Part shown: positions 24,864 to 35,620 of the stretch, piece by piece
Layout of the letters: each line of letters starts with the position of its first letter
Position numbering within the stretch: the stretch's first letter is position 1
Assembly: GCA_017531795.1 (NCBI GenBank)
Contig: JAFXKH010000043.1
Coordinates: 38 to 64,037 of the forward strand
DNA: 64,000 bases
Reading direction: 5' to 3'
Source: Clostridia bacterium
GTDB lineage: Bacteria > Bacillota > Clostridia > Christensenellales > Pumilibacteraceae
Position numbers and translations under genes: made by a program
Notes under the pieces: generated by a model
Told to the model about the DNA's origin: nothing
What the model saw: the letters and a program-made list of their open reading frames with translations, nothing else
Databases searched by the model: none

Positions 24864-27098
24864 TTGAAACTAGTAATAATAGAGGGTGTTGGTAAAAAGC
24901 CCGCCATACAAAAATATCTTGGTAAAGATTATAAAGTATTCGCTACTATGGGACACGTGCGCGATTTACCCGTTAAAACTCTCGCAGTTGACGTAGAAAA
25001 TGATTTTAAACCAACCTACGTAGTCATGCAAGATAAACAAAAAATTGTCGGCGAACTCAAAACCGTAGCATCAAATGCCGATGAAATTTATCTTGCTACC
25101 GACCCGGATAGAGAGGGAGAAGCCATTTCGTGGCATATAGCAAATATTCTAAATATACCCGAGGACAAAAAAGCGCGTATTACTTTTAATGAAATTTCCA
25201 AAAAGGCAATAGAAAAAGCGTTGTCCGCTCCTCGTGTAATAGATAAAAATCTCGTTGACGCGCAACAAGCAAGGCGAGTTCTTGACCGTCTTGTTGGTTA
25301 TAAAGTATCCCCCATATTATGCACTAAAATACAAAATAAGCTTTCTGCGGGCAGAGTTCAAAGCGTTACTCTTAGACTTGTTTGTGAGAGAGAAAGAGAA
25401 ATACTTAATTTCAAGCCCGAAGAATATTGGCCGTTTAATTCAATATTAAGCGGTAGTGGGAACGTAAAAATTAAAGCAACTCTTGCGACTAAGGACGCGA
25501 AAAAATTCAAAATTCCTTCCGAAACCGTTTTGAAAGAAGTAATTTCTGATATTGATGGTAAAGAGTACTTCGTTTCTTCAGTAAAAAAATCAATATCGTT
25601 ATCTCACGCGCCCGCGCCTTTCCGTACGAGTACTATGCAACAAGATGCCATAAATAAACTTGGCATGACGTTAAAACAAGTAACTCAATCAGCGCAGGCT
25701 TTATATGAAGGCGTTGACGTGCCGGGAGAAGGAAAAGTTGCGCTTATTACTTATATAAGAACGGACTCGACAAGAGTTTCGCCCGAAGCAATCGCTTCCG
25801 CGCGTGAATATATCAGCGAAATCTACGGACAAGACTATATACCCGAAAAACCCAATTATTACGCCTCAAAAGGTAACGTACAAGACGCGCACGAAGCGAT
25901 AAGACCTATTTCTCTTACCCGTACTCCCGAAAGCTTGAAAAGCGCATTAAATCGTAATCATTATAGATTATACAAACTTATTTACGATCGCTTCCTTGCA
26001 AGCCAGATGTCCAGCGCGAAATTCAACGCTCTTACTGCAGACGTAACTTGTGATAAATACGGTTTTAAGGTAACTGGCAAAACACCGCTTTTCCCCGGTT
26101 ACACGCGCGTATATAATGAAAAAGATGATAAAGACGAAGATGAAATGAAACGTCTACCCGACTTAAACGAAGGAGAAAGACTTGGTTTCATTGAATATCA
26201 ATATGAACAAAAATTCACAAAACCGCCTTCAAGATATACGGAAGCAAGTCTTATTAAGGCGATGGAAGAAAAGGGTATAGGCAGACCTGCTACTTATCAG
26301 CCTACCGTTACTTTGCTACAAAGCAGGGATTATACGGAAAAAGACGGAAAAATGATTAAGCCCACAGAACTTGGTTTTAAGGTTGTGGATATGCTTATAA
26401 ATTATTTCCCCGACATAATGAACGTTAAGTTTACCGCAGATATGGAAACTAAACTTGACACGATTGAAGACGGTGGAAAGATATGGCAACAAATTATTGC
26501 AGATTTTTATGCTGATTTTGAAAAGGAAATCAAATTGGCAATGGGGGACGGATATAAAATGAAATCACCTGCAGTAGAAACGGACTATAAGTGTGAAAAG
26601 TGTGGCGCGACAATGGTGATCAGAGAGGGGCGATTTGGTAAATTCCTTGCTTGCTCTGCTTTTCCTAAGTGCAAAAACACCAAACAAATTGACGAAAACG
26701 GAAACATCAAAGAAAAAGAAGAAACTTCAGTAATTGAAAGTGACGTTGTTTGTGAGAAATGTGGCGCAAAAATGATAGTCAAGGAAAGCGCTAGGGGTAA
26801 ATTCCTTGCGTGTCCGAACTATCCTAAGTGCAAAAACACCAAAGAATACGGCGAAGAAGAAGTTTTACCTGACTGCCCTGACTGTGGTAAGCCAATGCGT
26901 AAAATCAGTTATTATCGTGGAATTTTCTATGGATGCAGTGGTTATCCCGACTGTAAATTTGCTCTTTACGATAAGCCTATTGATAAAAAATGTCCCAAAT
27001 GTGGTAGTCTACTTGTCATTAAAAGCAAAAAAGACGGTATTTATCACAAATGTTCAAACAAAGATTGTGACTTCATAGAGAAAGCTAATAATGAATAA
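24864..27098 (+). CDS. topA: DNA topoisomerase I with four C-terminal C4 zinc ribbons
   Basis: Toprim domain (LVIIEGVGKKPAIQKYLG...ATDPDREGEAISWH). Active-site region (TYIRTDSTRVS). Four CxxC-(16-18 aa)-CxxxxxC ribbons in the tail. Confidence 0.95.
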   Translation: MKLVIIEGVGKKPAIQKYLGKDYKVFATMGHVRDLPVKTLAVDVENDFKPTYVVMQDKQKIVGELKTVASNADEIYLATDPDREGEAISWHIANILNIPEDKKARITFNEISKKAIEKALSAPRVIDKNLVDAQQARRVLDRLVGYKVSPILCTKIQNKLSAGRVQSVTLRLVCEREREILNFKPEEYWPFNSILSGSGNVKIKATLATKDAKKFKIPSETVLKEVISDIDGKEYFVSSVKKSISLSHAPAPFRTSTMQQDAINKLGMTLKQVTQSAQALYEGVDVPGEGKVALITYIRTDSTRVSPEAIASAREYISEIYGQDYIPEKPNYYASKGNVQDAHEAIRPISLTRTPESLKSALNRNHYRLYKLIYDRFLASQMSSAKFNALTADVTCDKYGFKVTGKTPLFPGYTRVYNEKDDKDEDEMKRLPDLNEGERLGFIEYQYEQKFTKPPSRYTEASLIKAMEEKGIGRPATYQPTVTLLQSRDYTEKDGKMIKPTELGFKVVDMLINYFPDIMNVKFTADMETKLDTIEDGGKIWQQIIADFYADFEKEIKLAMGDGYKMKSPAVETDYKCEKCGATMVIREGRFGKFLACSAFPKCKNTKQIDENGNIKEKEETSVIESDVVCEKCGAKMIVKESARGKFLACPNYPKCKNTKEYGEEEVLPDCPDCGKPMRKISYYRGIFYGCSGYPDCKFALYDKPIDKKCPKCGSLLVIKSKKDGIYHKCSNKDCDFIEKANNE

Positions 27099-28395
27099 TT
27101 TTGAAATTACCGTAATTGGCGCGGGATTAGCGGGGTCAGAAGTTGCTTTGTCTTTGGCAAAAGCTGGAATTAGAGTTAAGTTAGTAGATTGCAAACCGAC
27201 CAGAAAAAGTCCTGCGCACGTCAGTGATGATTTTTGCGAACTCGTATGCAGTAATTCCCTAAAAAGCAATGATCCATTAACGGCGCACGGATTATTGAAA
27301 TCTGAACTTCGCGCCCTTGATAGTCAAGTTCTTGCAATAGCGGACATTTGCGCTGTTCCTGCCGGAAGCGCGCTTGCCGTAGACAGAAAAGTTTTTGCAA
27401 AGAAAGTAACTGATACAATTTTATCAAATAAGAATATTACCGTTGTTAACGAAACCGTAAAATCACTCGGCGATAATCTTACAGTAATTGCAACAGGTCC
27501 GCTTACACTTGCTCCGCTTGATAATGCAATCGCTGAAAAATTCGGAAACTTGCATTTTTATGATGCAGAAGCGCCGATAATTTCAGCAGAAAGTATTGAT
27601 ATGGAAAACGCGTATTTTTCTGCGCGATATGGAAAAGGCAATCCCGAAGATTATCTTAACTGTCCGTTGACAAAAGAAGAATACGAAACTTTTTATAATG
27701 CTTTAATTTCTGCTGAAAGGGCAGATAAGCATGAGTTTGAAAAAGGTGAGATATTCGAAGGCTGTATGCCCGTTGAAATTATGGCGTTACGTGGTAAAGA
27801 TGCGCTCCGATTCGGTCCTATGAAGCCTGTAGGACTTATGCACCCGATTACGGGTAAACGCGCATACGCAGTCCTTCAACTTCGCAAAGAAAACGCGCAA
27901 GGCGATATGTATAATCTCGTGGGTTTTCAGACTAATTTGAAAATCGGCGAGCAAAAAAGAGTTTTCGGACTTATACCTGCCTTAAAAAATGCCGAATTTT
28001 TACGGTATGGCGTTATGCATAGAAACACTTTCATAAATGCACCGAGCGCAATTTCAGAGTTTTTCCGAGCGAAGAAATTCCCGAATTTATTTATTGCAGG
28101 ACAACTTAGTGGAGTTGAAGGCTATGTGGAAAGTATCGCTTCCGGCAAAGCGGTCGCGCTTCATCTGATAAGAATTCTTCAAAACAAAACGCCTATTGCG
28201 TTACCATCTGATAGTTTAATCGGCGCGTTGTCAAATTACGTGGCGTCTGAAAACGCAAATTTTCAACCAATGAACGCCAATTACGGCTTACTTGCTCCTA
28301 TAAACGAGCGAGATAAAACTGAGCGTAAACGAAAAATGAGTGCTCGCTCAAAAAAATCTATTGAAAATTATTTGGAGATATATAATGGAACTTAG
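27091..28395 (+). CDS. trmFO: Methylenetetrahydrofolate--tRNA-(uracil54-C5)-methyltransferase TrmFO (Gid)
   Basis: FAD motif [19 protein letters not shown], and [12 protein letters not shown]. Position after topA, as in Bacillus. Confidence 0.92.
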   Translation: MNNFEITVIGAGLAGSEVALSLAKAGIRVKLVDCKPTRKSPAHVSDDFCELVCSNSLKSNDPLTAHGLLKSELRALDSQVLAIADICAVPAGSALAVDRKVFAKKVTDTILSNKNITVVNETVKSLGDNLTVIATGPLTLAPLDNAIAEKFGNLHFYDAEAPIISAESIDMENAYFSARYGKGNPEDYLNCPLTKEEYETFYNALISAERADKHEFEKGEIFEGCMPVEIMALRGKDALRFGPMKPVGLMHPITGKRAYAVLQLRKENAQGDMYNLVGFQTNLKIGEQKRVFGLIPALKNAEFLRYGVMHRNTFINAPSAISEFFRAKKFPNLFIAGQLSGVEGYVESIASGKAVALHLIRILQNKTPIALPSDSLIGALSNYVASENANFQPMNANYGLLAPINERDKTERKRKMSARSKKSIENYLEIYNGT

Positions 28396-28918
28396 AGGTA
28401 CTACGATAGTTGCCGTGAAAAAGAACGGCAAAACAGCGATGGCAGGTGACGGACAGGTTACCGCAGGTCAGTCAACTATAATGAAATCAAACGCAGTAAA
28501 AGTGCGCCGTATTTACGACGACAAGGTAATAATCGGTTTTGCAGGATCTGTAGCGGACGCTTTTTCACTCAGCGAACGCTTTGAAGAAATGCTTCGTAAG
28601 TTTTCCGGTAATCTTATGCGTAGCGCAGTTGAACTTGCTCAACTTTGGAGAATGGATAAAATTGCTCACAAACTTGACGCTATGCTTATCGTGGCTGATG
28701 AAAACGAAATGTTTCTCGTTGACGGTTGCGGTGACGTAATTGAACCGGAATTTGACGTTTGCGCAATCGGTAGCGGAGGCAATTTCGCGCTTTCTGCGGC
28801 TCGCGCGCTAGTTAGAAATACCAATATGTCTGCCCGTGAAATTGCAGAGGAAAGTATTCGTATAGCGGGAGAAATATGTGTATTTACTAACGGTCACGTA
28901 ACCGTTGAGGAGGTGTAA
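28385..28918 (+). CDS. hslV: ATP-dependent protease subunit HslV (ClpQ)
   Basis: [16 protein letters not shown] (N-terminal catalytic Thr region), [10 protein letters not shown], and [17 protein letters not shown] at 28385 is preferred over the longer track ORF that starts at 28340. Confidence 0.92.
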   Translation: MELRGTTIVAVKKNGKTAMAGDGQVTAGQSTIMKSNAVKVRRIYDDKVIIGFAGSVADAFSLSERFEEMLRKFSGNLMRSAVELAQLWRMDKIAHKLDAMLIVADENEMFLVDGCGDVIEPEFDVCAIGSGGNFALSAARALVRNTNMSAREIAEESIRIAGEICVFTNGHVTVEEV

Positions 28919-28919
28919 T

Positions 28920-30230
28920 ATGAGTATGTCACCTATGCAAATTGTAGCGGAACTTGATAGATATATTGTAGGTCAATCGGACGCAAAAAGAGCGGTTGCA
29001 ATTGCGCTCAGAAACAGATATCGCCGTAGCAAACTTCCCGAAGAAATTAGACAAGAAATAACACCGAAAAATATCATAATGAAAGGTCCTACGGGCGTCG
29101 GAAAAACGGAAATTGCTCGTCGTCTTGCGAAACTCGTTCGCGCGCCGTTTATAAAAGTTGAAGCAACGAAGTTTACAGAAGTAGGTTACGTAGGCAGAGA
29201 CGTTGAATCAATGATCCGTGACTTGGTGGAAACCTCCGTTCATCTTGTAAAAGAAGAAAAAATGGCAGAAGTGGAAACGATTGCAAGAACGGAAGCGGAA
29301 AATAAAGTAGTATCCGCTCTTTACGCTGACTACAAAAAGAACAACAGCGACGGCGTTGCGGTTACAAAAGCATCTCTTCTTAAGTCTCTTAAAGAAGGGA
29401 AGGAAAACGATAAAATAATAGAAATTGAGATTGCCGAAGCGCACAAGCCTCTTGATATGGGCGGAGTAGGTATGGGCATTGAAATCAATTTGAACGAAAT
29501 GCTCAGCGGTTTCATGCCTAAGAAAAAGAAACTTAGAAAGGTTACCGTCCAACAAGCGCTTAAATTATTTACTCTTGAAGAATGCGAAAGACGCATTGAC
29601 GTTGACGCTATAAACGCAGAGGCAGTCAGAAGAGCGGAAGAGGAAGGTATTATCTTTATTGACGAAATTGATAAAATAACCGCGCGTGGTAATACTTCGG
29701 GCGCAGACGTGTCCAGAGAAGGCGTTCAGCGTGATATTCTTCCTATCGTTGAAGGTTCAACAGTTCAGACTAAATACGGCAGTATAAAAACAGACTTTAT
29801 ACTTTTCATCGCTTCGGGAGCGTTTATGCTTGCAAAAGTTGAAGATCTAATTCCCGAGCTTCAAGGACGTTTTCCGATAAGAGTAGAACTTGGAAGTCTT
29901 ACTTTTGACGACTTCGTTAAAATTCTTACTCTTCCTGAAAACGCTATAACCAAGCAATATGCCCACCTTCTTAAAGTAGATAACGTCAATCTTTCTTTTA
30001 CGGCAGATGCGATAGAAGAAATAGCGCGAATTACCGTCGCTGAAAACGAAACTCTGGAAGATATTGGCGCGCGTAGACTTCATACCGTAATGGAAAGTTT
30101 GCTTGACGACATATCTTACAGCGCAAGCGGTGATCATCCTATGATTGACGTAAAAATTGATAAAAATTACGTTCTTGAACATCTCAGTAAAGAAGCAAAA
30201 ATTCTCAACTTAAAGAAATATATTATATAA
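28920..30230 (+). CDS. hslU: ATP-dependent protease ATPase subunit HslU (ClpY)
   Basis: PMQIVAELDRYIVGQSDAKRAVAIALRNR, Walker A GPTGVGKTEIARRLA, and IIFIDEIDKI. ATG at 28920 follows a GAGGAGG RBS. Confidence 0.93.
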   Translation: MSMSPMQIVAELDRYIVGQSDAKRAVAIALRNRYRRSKLPEEIRQEITPKNIIMKGPTGVGKTEIARRLAKLVRAPFIKVEATKFTEVGYVGRDVESMIRDLVETSVHLVKEEKMAEVETIARTEAENKVVSALYADYKKNNSDGVAVTKASLLKSLKEGKENDKIIEIEIAEAHKPLDMGGVGMGIEINLNEMLSGFMPKKKKLRKVTVQQALKLFTLEECERRIDVDAINAEAVRRAEEEGIIFIDEIDKITARGNTSGADVSREGVQRDILPIVEGSTVQTKYGSIKTDFILFIASGAFMLAKVEDLIPELQGRFPIRVELGSLTFDDFVKILTLPENAITKQYAHLLKVDNVNLSFTADAIEEIARITVAENETLEDIGARRLHTVMESLLDDISYSASGDHPMIDVKIDKNYVLEHLSKEAKILNLKKYII

Positions 30231-30232
30231 TT

Positions 30233-31486
30233 ATGATAAACGTACCCAAAGGAACGAAGGACGCGCTTCCTTCTGAAAGTTATAAGTGGCAATACGTTGA
30301 AGCCACGTTAAGAAAAGTCGCAGACTTATACAACGCAAGGGAAATAAGAACTCCCGTATTTGAGCATACCGAACTTTTCGTACGTTCTATCGGTGATGAA
30401 ACAGACGTCGTTTCAAAGGAAATGTATACCTTTGAAGATAAAGGCGGAAGATCAATAACTCTCAAGCCCGAAGGTACTGCCCCTGTCGCAAGAAGCTTTA
30501 TTGAAAATTCACTTGATGCTCTTTCACTTCCGCTGAAAATGTACTATATTACGCCTTGTTTCAGATACGAAAGACCGCAGGCGGGTAGACTTCGTGAATT
30601 TCATCAGTTTGGAATAGAAGTGTACGGCGCCACTACGCCATATCTTGATCTGGACTGCATATCCCTTGCTTATAACGCTTTGCTTTCCCTCGGGCTTAAA
30701 GGGATTGTCTTGCGCCTTAATTCGATAGGATGTCCCAAGTGTAGAAAAGAGTATACGAACGCATTAAAGGAATATTTTAAGTCACGGCTCAATGAAATGT
30801 GCTCGACTTGTAAAGATCGCTTTGAACGTAATCCGTTAAGACTCCTCGATTGCAAATCTCCAATCTGCAAAGAAATTGGACTTGGCGCGCCCAAAATTAC
30901 CGAATATCTTTGCGACGACTGCAAGGCTCACCACGAAAAACTTTGTCAATTATTAAACGATCATGGGATTCCGTACGTCATAGACCAAAATATAGTGAGA
31001 GGTCTTGATTATTATACCCGTACCGTTTTTGAGTTTGTAACTACTGAACTTGGCGCGCAAGGTACTGTCTGCGGAGGTGGAAGATACGATAATCTCATTG
31101 CTTCGATGGGTGGGAAACAGACGGGTTGCGTAGGTTTTGCAATGGGGCTTGAACGTCTTATTATGTTGATGGAAGCGCAAAACGTTGATTTTGGAAGGCG
31201 TTATCCGGACGTCTATATTATGAGTCAGTCAGCCGAGTACGTTGATTACTGTATGAAATTAGTTAACGTTCTCAGAAATAACGGTATTTCTGCGGATACG
31301 GAAATGTCGGGGAAAAGCCTTAAAGCGCAATTTAAGTATGCTGACAAAATAAACGCGAATTATGGAATAGTGATAGGAGAATCCGAAATTAATTCGCAAA
31401 CGATAAAGATCAAGAAACTTTCGGACGGAACAGAGAAGGAAATTAATATAGCAGATCTTTCCGAATATTTATTGAAAAATATATAA
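30233..31486 (+). CDS. hisS: Histidine--tRNA ligase
   Basis: Class II motifs: [36 protein letters not shown], and GGGRYDNL. Confidence 0.93.
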   Translation: MINVPKGTKDALPSESYKWQYVEATLRKVADLYNAREIRTPVFEHTELFVRSIGDETDVVSKEMYTFEDKGGRSITLKPEGTAPVARSFIENSLDALSLPLKMYYITPCFRYERPQAGRLREFHQFGIEVYGATTPYLDLDCISLAYNALLSLGLKGIVLRLNSIGCPKCRKEYTNALKEYFKSRLNEMCSTCKDRFERNPLRLLDCKSPICKEIGLGAPKITEYLCDDCKAHHEKLCQLLNDHGIPYVIDQNIVRGLDYYTRTVFEFVTTELGAQGTVCGGGRYDNLIASMGGKQTGCVGFAMGLERLIMLMEAQNVDFGRRYPDVYIMSQSAEYVDYCMKLVNVLRNNGISADTEMSGKSLKAQFKYADKINANYGIVIGESEINSQTIKIKKLSDGTEKEINIADLSEYLLKNI

Positions 31487-31515
31487 TTGAAAATAACCTT
31501 ACTAAGGAGTATAAA

Positions 31516-32763
31516 ATGAATTTTGAAATCATTAAAAATGCAGATGCAGAAGTTGCAGAGTCAATGCTGAAAGAATTAAGACGTCAGCAGGGAAATATCG
31601 AACTAATTGCAAGTGAAAACTTCGTGTCCGAAGCCGTTATGAACGCTATGGGATCGCATCTTACCAACAAGTACGCAGAGGGCTATCCTTCAAAGCGTTA
31701 TTACGGCGGATGCGTTTATGTGGATGAAGTGGAAAATCTCGCTATTGAGCGCGCTAAAAAACTTTTTAATTGCAATTACGCTAACGTTCAGCCGCATAGC
31801 GGAGCTAACGCTAATCACGCTGCCTTCTTTGCCCTTCTTGAAACGGGAGATACTTATATGGGCATGAGCCTTGCGTGCGGAGGACACCTTACGCATGGCA
31901 GTCCTGTGAATTATAGCGGAAAACAGTATAACGTCGTACCTTACGGTCTTAATGATGAAACAGAGACCATTGACTATGATGAAGTAGAACGCCTTGCGCT
32001 TGAATGCAAACCGAAACTTATTCTTGCCGGCGCGAGCGCTTATCCGAGAACGATTGATTTCAAGCGTTTCCGTGAAATCTGCGATAAAGTAGGCGCGTAC
32101 TTTATGGTTGATATTGCTCATATTGCAGGGCTTGTCGTAGCAGGTGAGCATCCTTCTCCGTTCCCTTACGCTGACGTTGTTACTACGACTACGCATAAAA
32201 CTCTTAGAGGACCTCGCGGTGGTATGATTTTATGTAACGACGAAGAAATTGCTAAAAAAATCAATAAATCCATTTTCCCCGGAACTCAAGGCGGACCTCT
32301 TATGCACGTCATTGCGGGCAAGGCGGTGTCCTTTAAGGAAGCGCTTTCGGACGATTTTAAGGCTTATCAGAATCAAGTAATAAAAAATGCAAAGGCTATG
32401 GCAGAAGAATTTGCGCGTCAGGATATTGATATGGTATCGGGCGGTACGGACAATCATCTTATGCTTATCAAACTCGTAAAGAACAACGTTACGGGCAAGG
32501 AACTCGAACATCTTCTTGATGAATGTCATATTACCGTAAATAAAAACGCAATCCCCAACGATCCACAGAAGCCTTTCGTGACAAGCGGTATCAGAGTAGG
32601 CGTTCCTGCCGCTACTTCTCGCGGTATGAAAGAACCGGAAATGGTCAAAATTGCTCAACTTATCAGCAAGGTTATAAAAGAAAAAGAATCTGCTCTTGAA
32701 TACGTAAGCGCAGAAGTAGCAAAACTTTGCCAGGCGTTCCCGCTTTATCCTGATTTGATATAA
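31516..32763 (+). CDS. glyA: Serine hydroxymethyltransferase
   Basis: [24 protein letters not shown], and the PLP-Lys region [14 protein letters not shown]. Confidence 0.95.
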   Translation: MNFEIIKNADAEVAESMLKELRRQQGNIELIASENFVSEAVMNAMGSHLTNKYAEGYPSKRYYGGCVYVDEVENLAIERAKKLFNCNYANVQPHSGANANHAAFFALLETGDTYMGMSLACGGHLTHGSPVNYSGKQYNVVPYGLNDETETIDYDEVERLALECKPKLILAGASAYPRTIDFKRFREICDKVGAYFMVDIAHIAGLVVAGEHPSPFPYADVVTTTTHKTLRGPRGGMILCNDEEIAKKINKSIFPGTQGGPLMHVIAGKAVSFKEALSDDFKAYQNQVIKNAKAMAEEFARQDIDMVSGGTDNHLMLIKLVKNNVTGKELEHLLDECHITVNKNAIPNDPQKPFVTSGIRVGVPAATSRGMKEPEMVKIAQLISKVIKEKESALEYVSAEVAKLCQAFPLYPDLI

Positions 32764-32778
32764 CATAAATAATCAATT

Positions 32779-32815
32779 AAAAGTTCTGTAACGATAAAAT
32801 AGTTACAGAACTTTT
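32779..32815 (+). terminator. Intrinsic terminator after glyA
   Basis: AAAAGTTCTGTAAC-GATAAAATA-GTTACAGAACTTTT, a 14-bp stem plus a T tract. Confidence 0.7.
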
Positions 32816-32845
32816 AATATCCTATCGTTTTACTATGTTATTTTC

Positions 32846-32874
32846 TTGACATATCAGAAGTTGTATGATAAAAT
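32846..32874 (+). promoter_or_regulatory. Sigma-A-type promoter (extended -10) for the Rrf2-nifS-nifU operon
   Basis: TTGACA, a 17-nt spacer, then TGaTAAAAT. Confidence 0.5.
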
Positions 32875-32897
32875 AGCATAGTAAAAAGGTAGGAATT

Positions 32898-33290
32898 ATG
32901 AAACTTTCGTCAAGAGCAATTTACGGAATAAGAGTTTGTTCTCTGATCAGCGTAGGTGAAAAGGTACCTATGCCTCTTTCTCTTATTGCAGAAAAGAGCA
33001 ATCTCAGCGAAAAATATCTCGAACAAATTCTTGCAAGTTTAGTTAAAGGCGGAGTACTTCTTAGTACGAGAGGTATGAGCGGTGGTTACGAACTAGCGCG
33101 TAAATCGTCAGAAATTTCGTTGTACGATATCTTAAAAGCCGTCAACGACGAGTTTGAAACGGGTTGCGGAGAGGGGTGTGACAAAGTTTGTCCTGACAAA
33201 TCAACTTTTTTGCAAATCAAAGAAAATATTGACCGAATCTTTAAAATGAATTCGCTCGGAAGCATTACCTTAAAGCGGGAGGATATATGA
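32898..33290 (+). CDS. Rrf2 family transcriptional regulator (IscR/CymR-like)
   Basis: MKLSSRAIYGIRV..., HTH segment LSLIAEKSNLSEKYLEQILASLVKGGVLLSTRGMSGGYELAR, and a Cys cluster CGEGCDKVC. First gene of the Fe-S operon. Confidence 0.85.
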   Translation: MKLSSRAIYGIRVCSLISVGEKVPMPLSLIAEKSNLSEKYLEQILASLVKGGVLLSTRGMSGGYELARKSSEISLYDILKAVNDEFETGCGEGCDKVCPDKSTFLQIKENIDRIFKMNSLGSITLKREDI

Positions 33291-34453
33291 AAAAAGTTTA
33301 TCTTGATTATTCGGCGACCACACCGCTTGATAAAAGGGTTCTCGACGATATGATTCCTTATTTGACTGACGTATACGGCAACGCAAATTCCGTTCATTCG
33401 TTTGGGCAAGAAGCAAGTTATGCCGTTGATAATGCTCGCAGAACTATAGCCGAGTGTATAAACGCCAAGCGTACGGAAGTGTATTTTACTTCGGGCGGAA
33501 CTGAGGCAAATAATTGGGCAATAAAAGGGATTTCCGTCCGCTATGGAAAAATTTCCGGAAGAAACCATATAATTACATCTGCGATTGAACATCCGTCAAT
33601 ATTGGAGTCAGTCAAATATATGTCAAACCACGGTTTCGAAGTCACTTATCTTCCCGTAAATTCAGATGGGATAATAGAAGAAGACGTTTTAAGAAAGGCT
33701 ATTTCAGAAAAAACCGTACTCGTTTCCATAATGACTGCAAATAATGAAATTGGCTCAATTCAACCTATAAAAGAACTTGCTAAGATAGCTCACGAGTACG
33801 GCGCGCTATTCCATACGGATGCCGTTCAGGCGATGAACAGTATAAAGGCGGACGTAAGAGATACTAACGTCGATTTAATGTCTTTTTCTGGTCACAAAAT
33901 ATATGGTCCGAAAGGCGTGGGCGTGCTTTACGTTAAAAGCGGAATAAAACCGGATAAGTTTATGATTGGCGGTCATCAAGAACGTACCATGCGTGGCGGA
34001 ACTACTAATGTTCCTGCAGTAGTTGGTATGGCGTCTGCATTGAAATATACCGTAGCAGAAATGGAAGAAAACAATGCGAAAATTCGTCAGGCGCGCGATC
34101 ATTTCATTGATCGTATAAAGAGTGAAATTCCTCATATCCGCATTAACGGCGGTATGAAAAACAGGGTTGTAGGTAACGCAAACGTAACTTTTGAGTATAT
34201 TGAAGGCGAGTCTTTACTTTTATCTCTCGACCTTATGGGCATTGCGTGTTCGTCAGGTTCAGCGTGTTCGTCAGGTTCTCTTGAGCCTTCACACGTTTTG
34301 ATGGCGATAGGAGTTCCTATCGAAATTGCTCACGGCTCAATCAGATTTTCGTTTGGAAAAGATACTACTATTTCAGACGTTGATTACGTGGTAGATAATC
34401 TCAAATCAGCAGTTGAAAGACTCAGACTCATGAGTCCGCTTACAAAAAAATAA
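33287..34453 (+). CDS. nifS: Cysteine desulfurase (NifS/IscS type)
   Basis: YLDYSATTP, PLP-Lys motif SFSGHKIYGPKGVG, and catalytic loop SSGSACSSGS. Confidence 0.9.
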   Translation: MKKVYLDYSATTPLDKRVLDDMIPYLTDVYGNANSVHSFGQEASYAVDNARRTIAECINAKRTEVYFTSGGTEANNWAIKGISVRYGKISGRNHIITSAIEHPSILESVKYMSNHGFEVTYLPVNSDGIIEEDVLRKAISEKTVLVSIMTANNEIGSIQPIKELAKIAHEYGALFHTDAVQAMNSIKADVRDTNVDLMSFSGHKIYGPKGVGVLYVKSGIKPDKFMIGGHQERTMRGGTTNVPAVVGMASALKYTVAEMEENNAKIRQARDHFIDRIKSEIPHIRINGGMKNRVVGNANVTFEYIEGESLLLSLDLMGIACSSGSACSSGSLEPSHVLMAIGVPIEIAHGSIRFSFGKDTTISDVDYVVDNLKSAVERLRLMSPLTKK

Positions 34454-34466
34454 GGAGTATTTATAT

Positions 34467-34850
34467 ATGTATAATGAAAAAGTAATGAAGGAATTTATTT
34501 CGCCGTCCAACGTTGGAGAAGTTAAAAATGCAAACGCCGTAGGCGAAGTAGGCAACGCTTCATGCGGTGATATAATGAAAATATCAATGCGAATTGAAAA
34601 TGGGATTATCGAAGAAGTAAAATTTCAAACTTACGGTTGCGCGGCTGCAGTTGCGACTTCTTCAATCGCTACGAAAATGATAAAAGGAAAGACGATTGAT
34701 GAGGCTCTTGCAATAACGAATCAAGAAGTAGTTGAAGAACTCGGCGGTTTACCTGCGCAAAAAATTCATTGTTCGGTACTTGCCGAAGGCGCAATCAAGG
34801 CAGCGATTAAGAATTATTTGGAAAATTATAAAATGGGCAATAACGCATAA
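34467..34850 (+). CDS. nifU: Fe-S cluster assembly scaffold protein (NifU/IscU N-terminal type)
   Basis: Three ligand Cys in the conserved contexts GNASCGD, FQTYGCAAAVA and IHCSVLA. Confidence 0.9.
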   Translation: MYNEKVMKEFISPSNVGEVKNANAVGEVGNASCGDIMKISMRIENGIIEEVKFQTYGCAAAVATSSIATKMIKGKTIDEALAITNQEVVEELGGLPAQKIHCSVLAEGAIKAAIKNYLENYKMGNNA

Positions 34851-34891
34851 CTTTTTCCGCCTGCGTAAAAAATATTATTACGGAGGTGCAT

Positions 34892-35104
34892 ATGAAAAAT
34901 TTATTATGTGGTATGATGACGGGCTTTATTATAGGTGCGTTCGTAGCCAGAAACTGTAAGCCTTGCGCAAAACTTATTGATGACGCTAGCGATATTGTTG
35001 AATCCAAAATCAAAGAAATGAAGCGTCAAACGTCTAAATACAGCAACTGTGAATGCGGTTGTGACTACGCAGAAGATTGTCAATGCGACAATGCGCAAGA
35101 TTAA
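34892..35104 (+). CDS. Small YtxH-like membrane-anchored protein with Cys/Asp-rich tail
   Basis: 70 aa from ATG 34892 (GGAGG RBS 5 nt upstream). N-terminal hydrophobic helix LLCGMMTGFIIGAFVA, then a helical region, then the tail NCECGCDYAEDCQCDNAQD. A strong terminator follows. Coding status is plausible but unverified. Confidence 0.45.
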   Translation: MKNLLCGMMTGFIIGAFVARNCKPCAKLIDDASDIVESKIKEMKRQTSKYSNCECGCDYAEDCQCDNAQD

Positions 35105-35106
35105 GT

Positions 35107-35135
35107 AAAAGAACCTGCTTTAAGCAGGTTTTTTT
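35107..35135 (+). terminator. Intrinsic terminator ending the Fe-S operon
   Basis: AAAAGAACCTGCT-TTA-AGCAGGTTTTTTT. Confidence 0.75.
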
Positions 35136-35193
35136 CATAAAATTTTCAAAAAAACTGTTTACATAAACGTGACAATGTGGTATAATCATAATA

Positions 35194-35616
35194 ATGAAGA
35201 TGTTAGGCATTGATTATGGAGATAGGTACGTCGGTTTTGCAGAATGCGACGATATGGAAATTATTGCTTATCCGCTTGAATCCGTAAGAATAAAGAGTAT
35301 GAAAGAAGCAATTTCCGTATCCGAAAGTATAGTAATTCGGGATAATATCCGCAAAATTATTATTGGATTACCACTTATGCCGGACGGCGCCGAAGGAATA
35401 AGAGCGTCTAAAACACGCACGTTTGGCAGAGTTCTTGAAAAAGTAACGAACGTACCCATAATTTATTATGACGAAAGATTGACAACCGTCCAAGCGGAAG
35501 AATATTTAAGCGAAGGCGGAATAAAGAAAAAAGATATGAAAAAATATACCGACAAACTGTCGGCTCAAATAATATTAAACGACTATATGAACGCAAAATC
35601 ATTGCGGAAGGAGTAA
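35194..35616 (+). CDS. ruvX: Holliday junction resolvase-like / pre-16S rRNA nuclease RuvX (YqgF)
   Basis: MLGIDYGDRYVGFA N-terminus, IIIGLPLMPDG, and YDERLTTVQAE. Confidence 0.88.
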   Translation: MKMLGIDYGDRYVGFAECDDMEIIAYPLESVRIKSMKEAISVSESIVIRDNIRKIIIGLPLMPDGAEGIRASKTRTFGRVLEKVTNVPIIYYDERLTTVQAEEYLSEGGIKKKDMKKYTDKLSAQIILNDYMNAKSLRKE

Positions 35617-35620
35617 GAAA

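Noticed and set aside
28340-28384. N-terminal extensions suggested by the longest-ORF track for hslV (28340), hslU (28905), rpsB (36069), tsf (36886), infB (47793), the BofA-like gene (19680) and the SBP (56570).
   Set aside because: In each case an internal ATG with a properly spaced GGAGG-type RBS yields the conserved N-terminus of the family. The extensions overlap upstream genes or leaders.
30180-30240. Expected T-box leader for hisS.
   Set aside because: Only 2 nt separate the hslU stop and the hisS start, so no leader can exist here.
31690-33592. 168-178-aa minus-strand ORFs antisense to glyA, the Rrf2 gene and nifS.
   Set aside because: They are antisense shadows of highly conserved genes, with no independent coding evidence.
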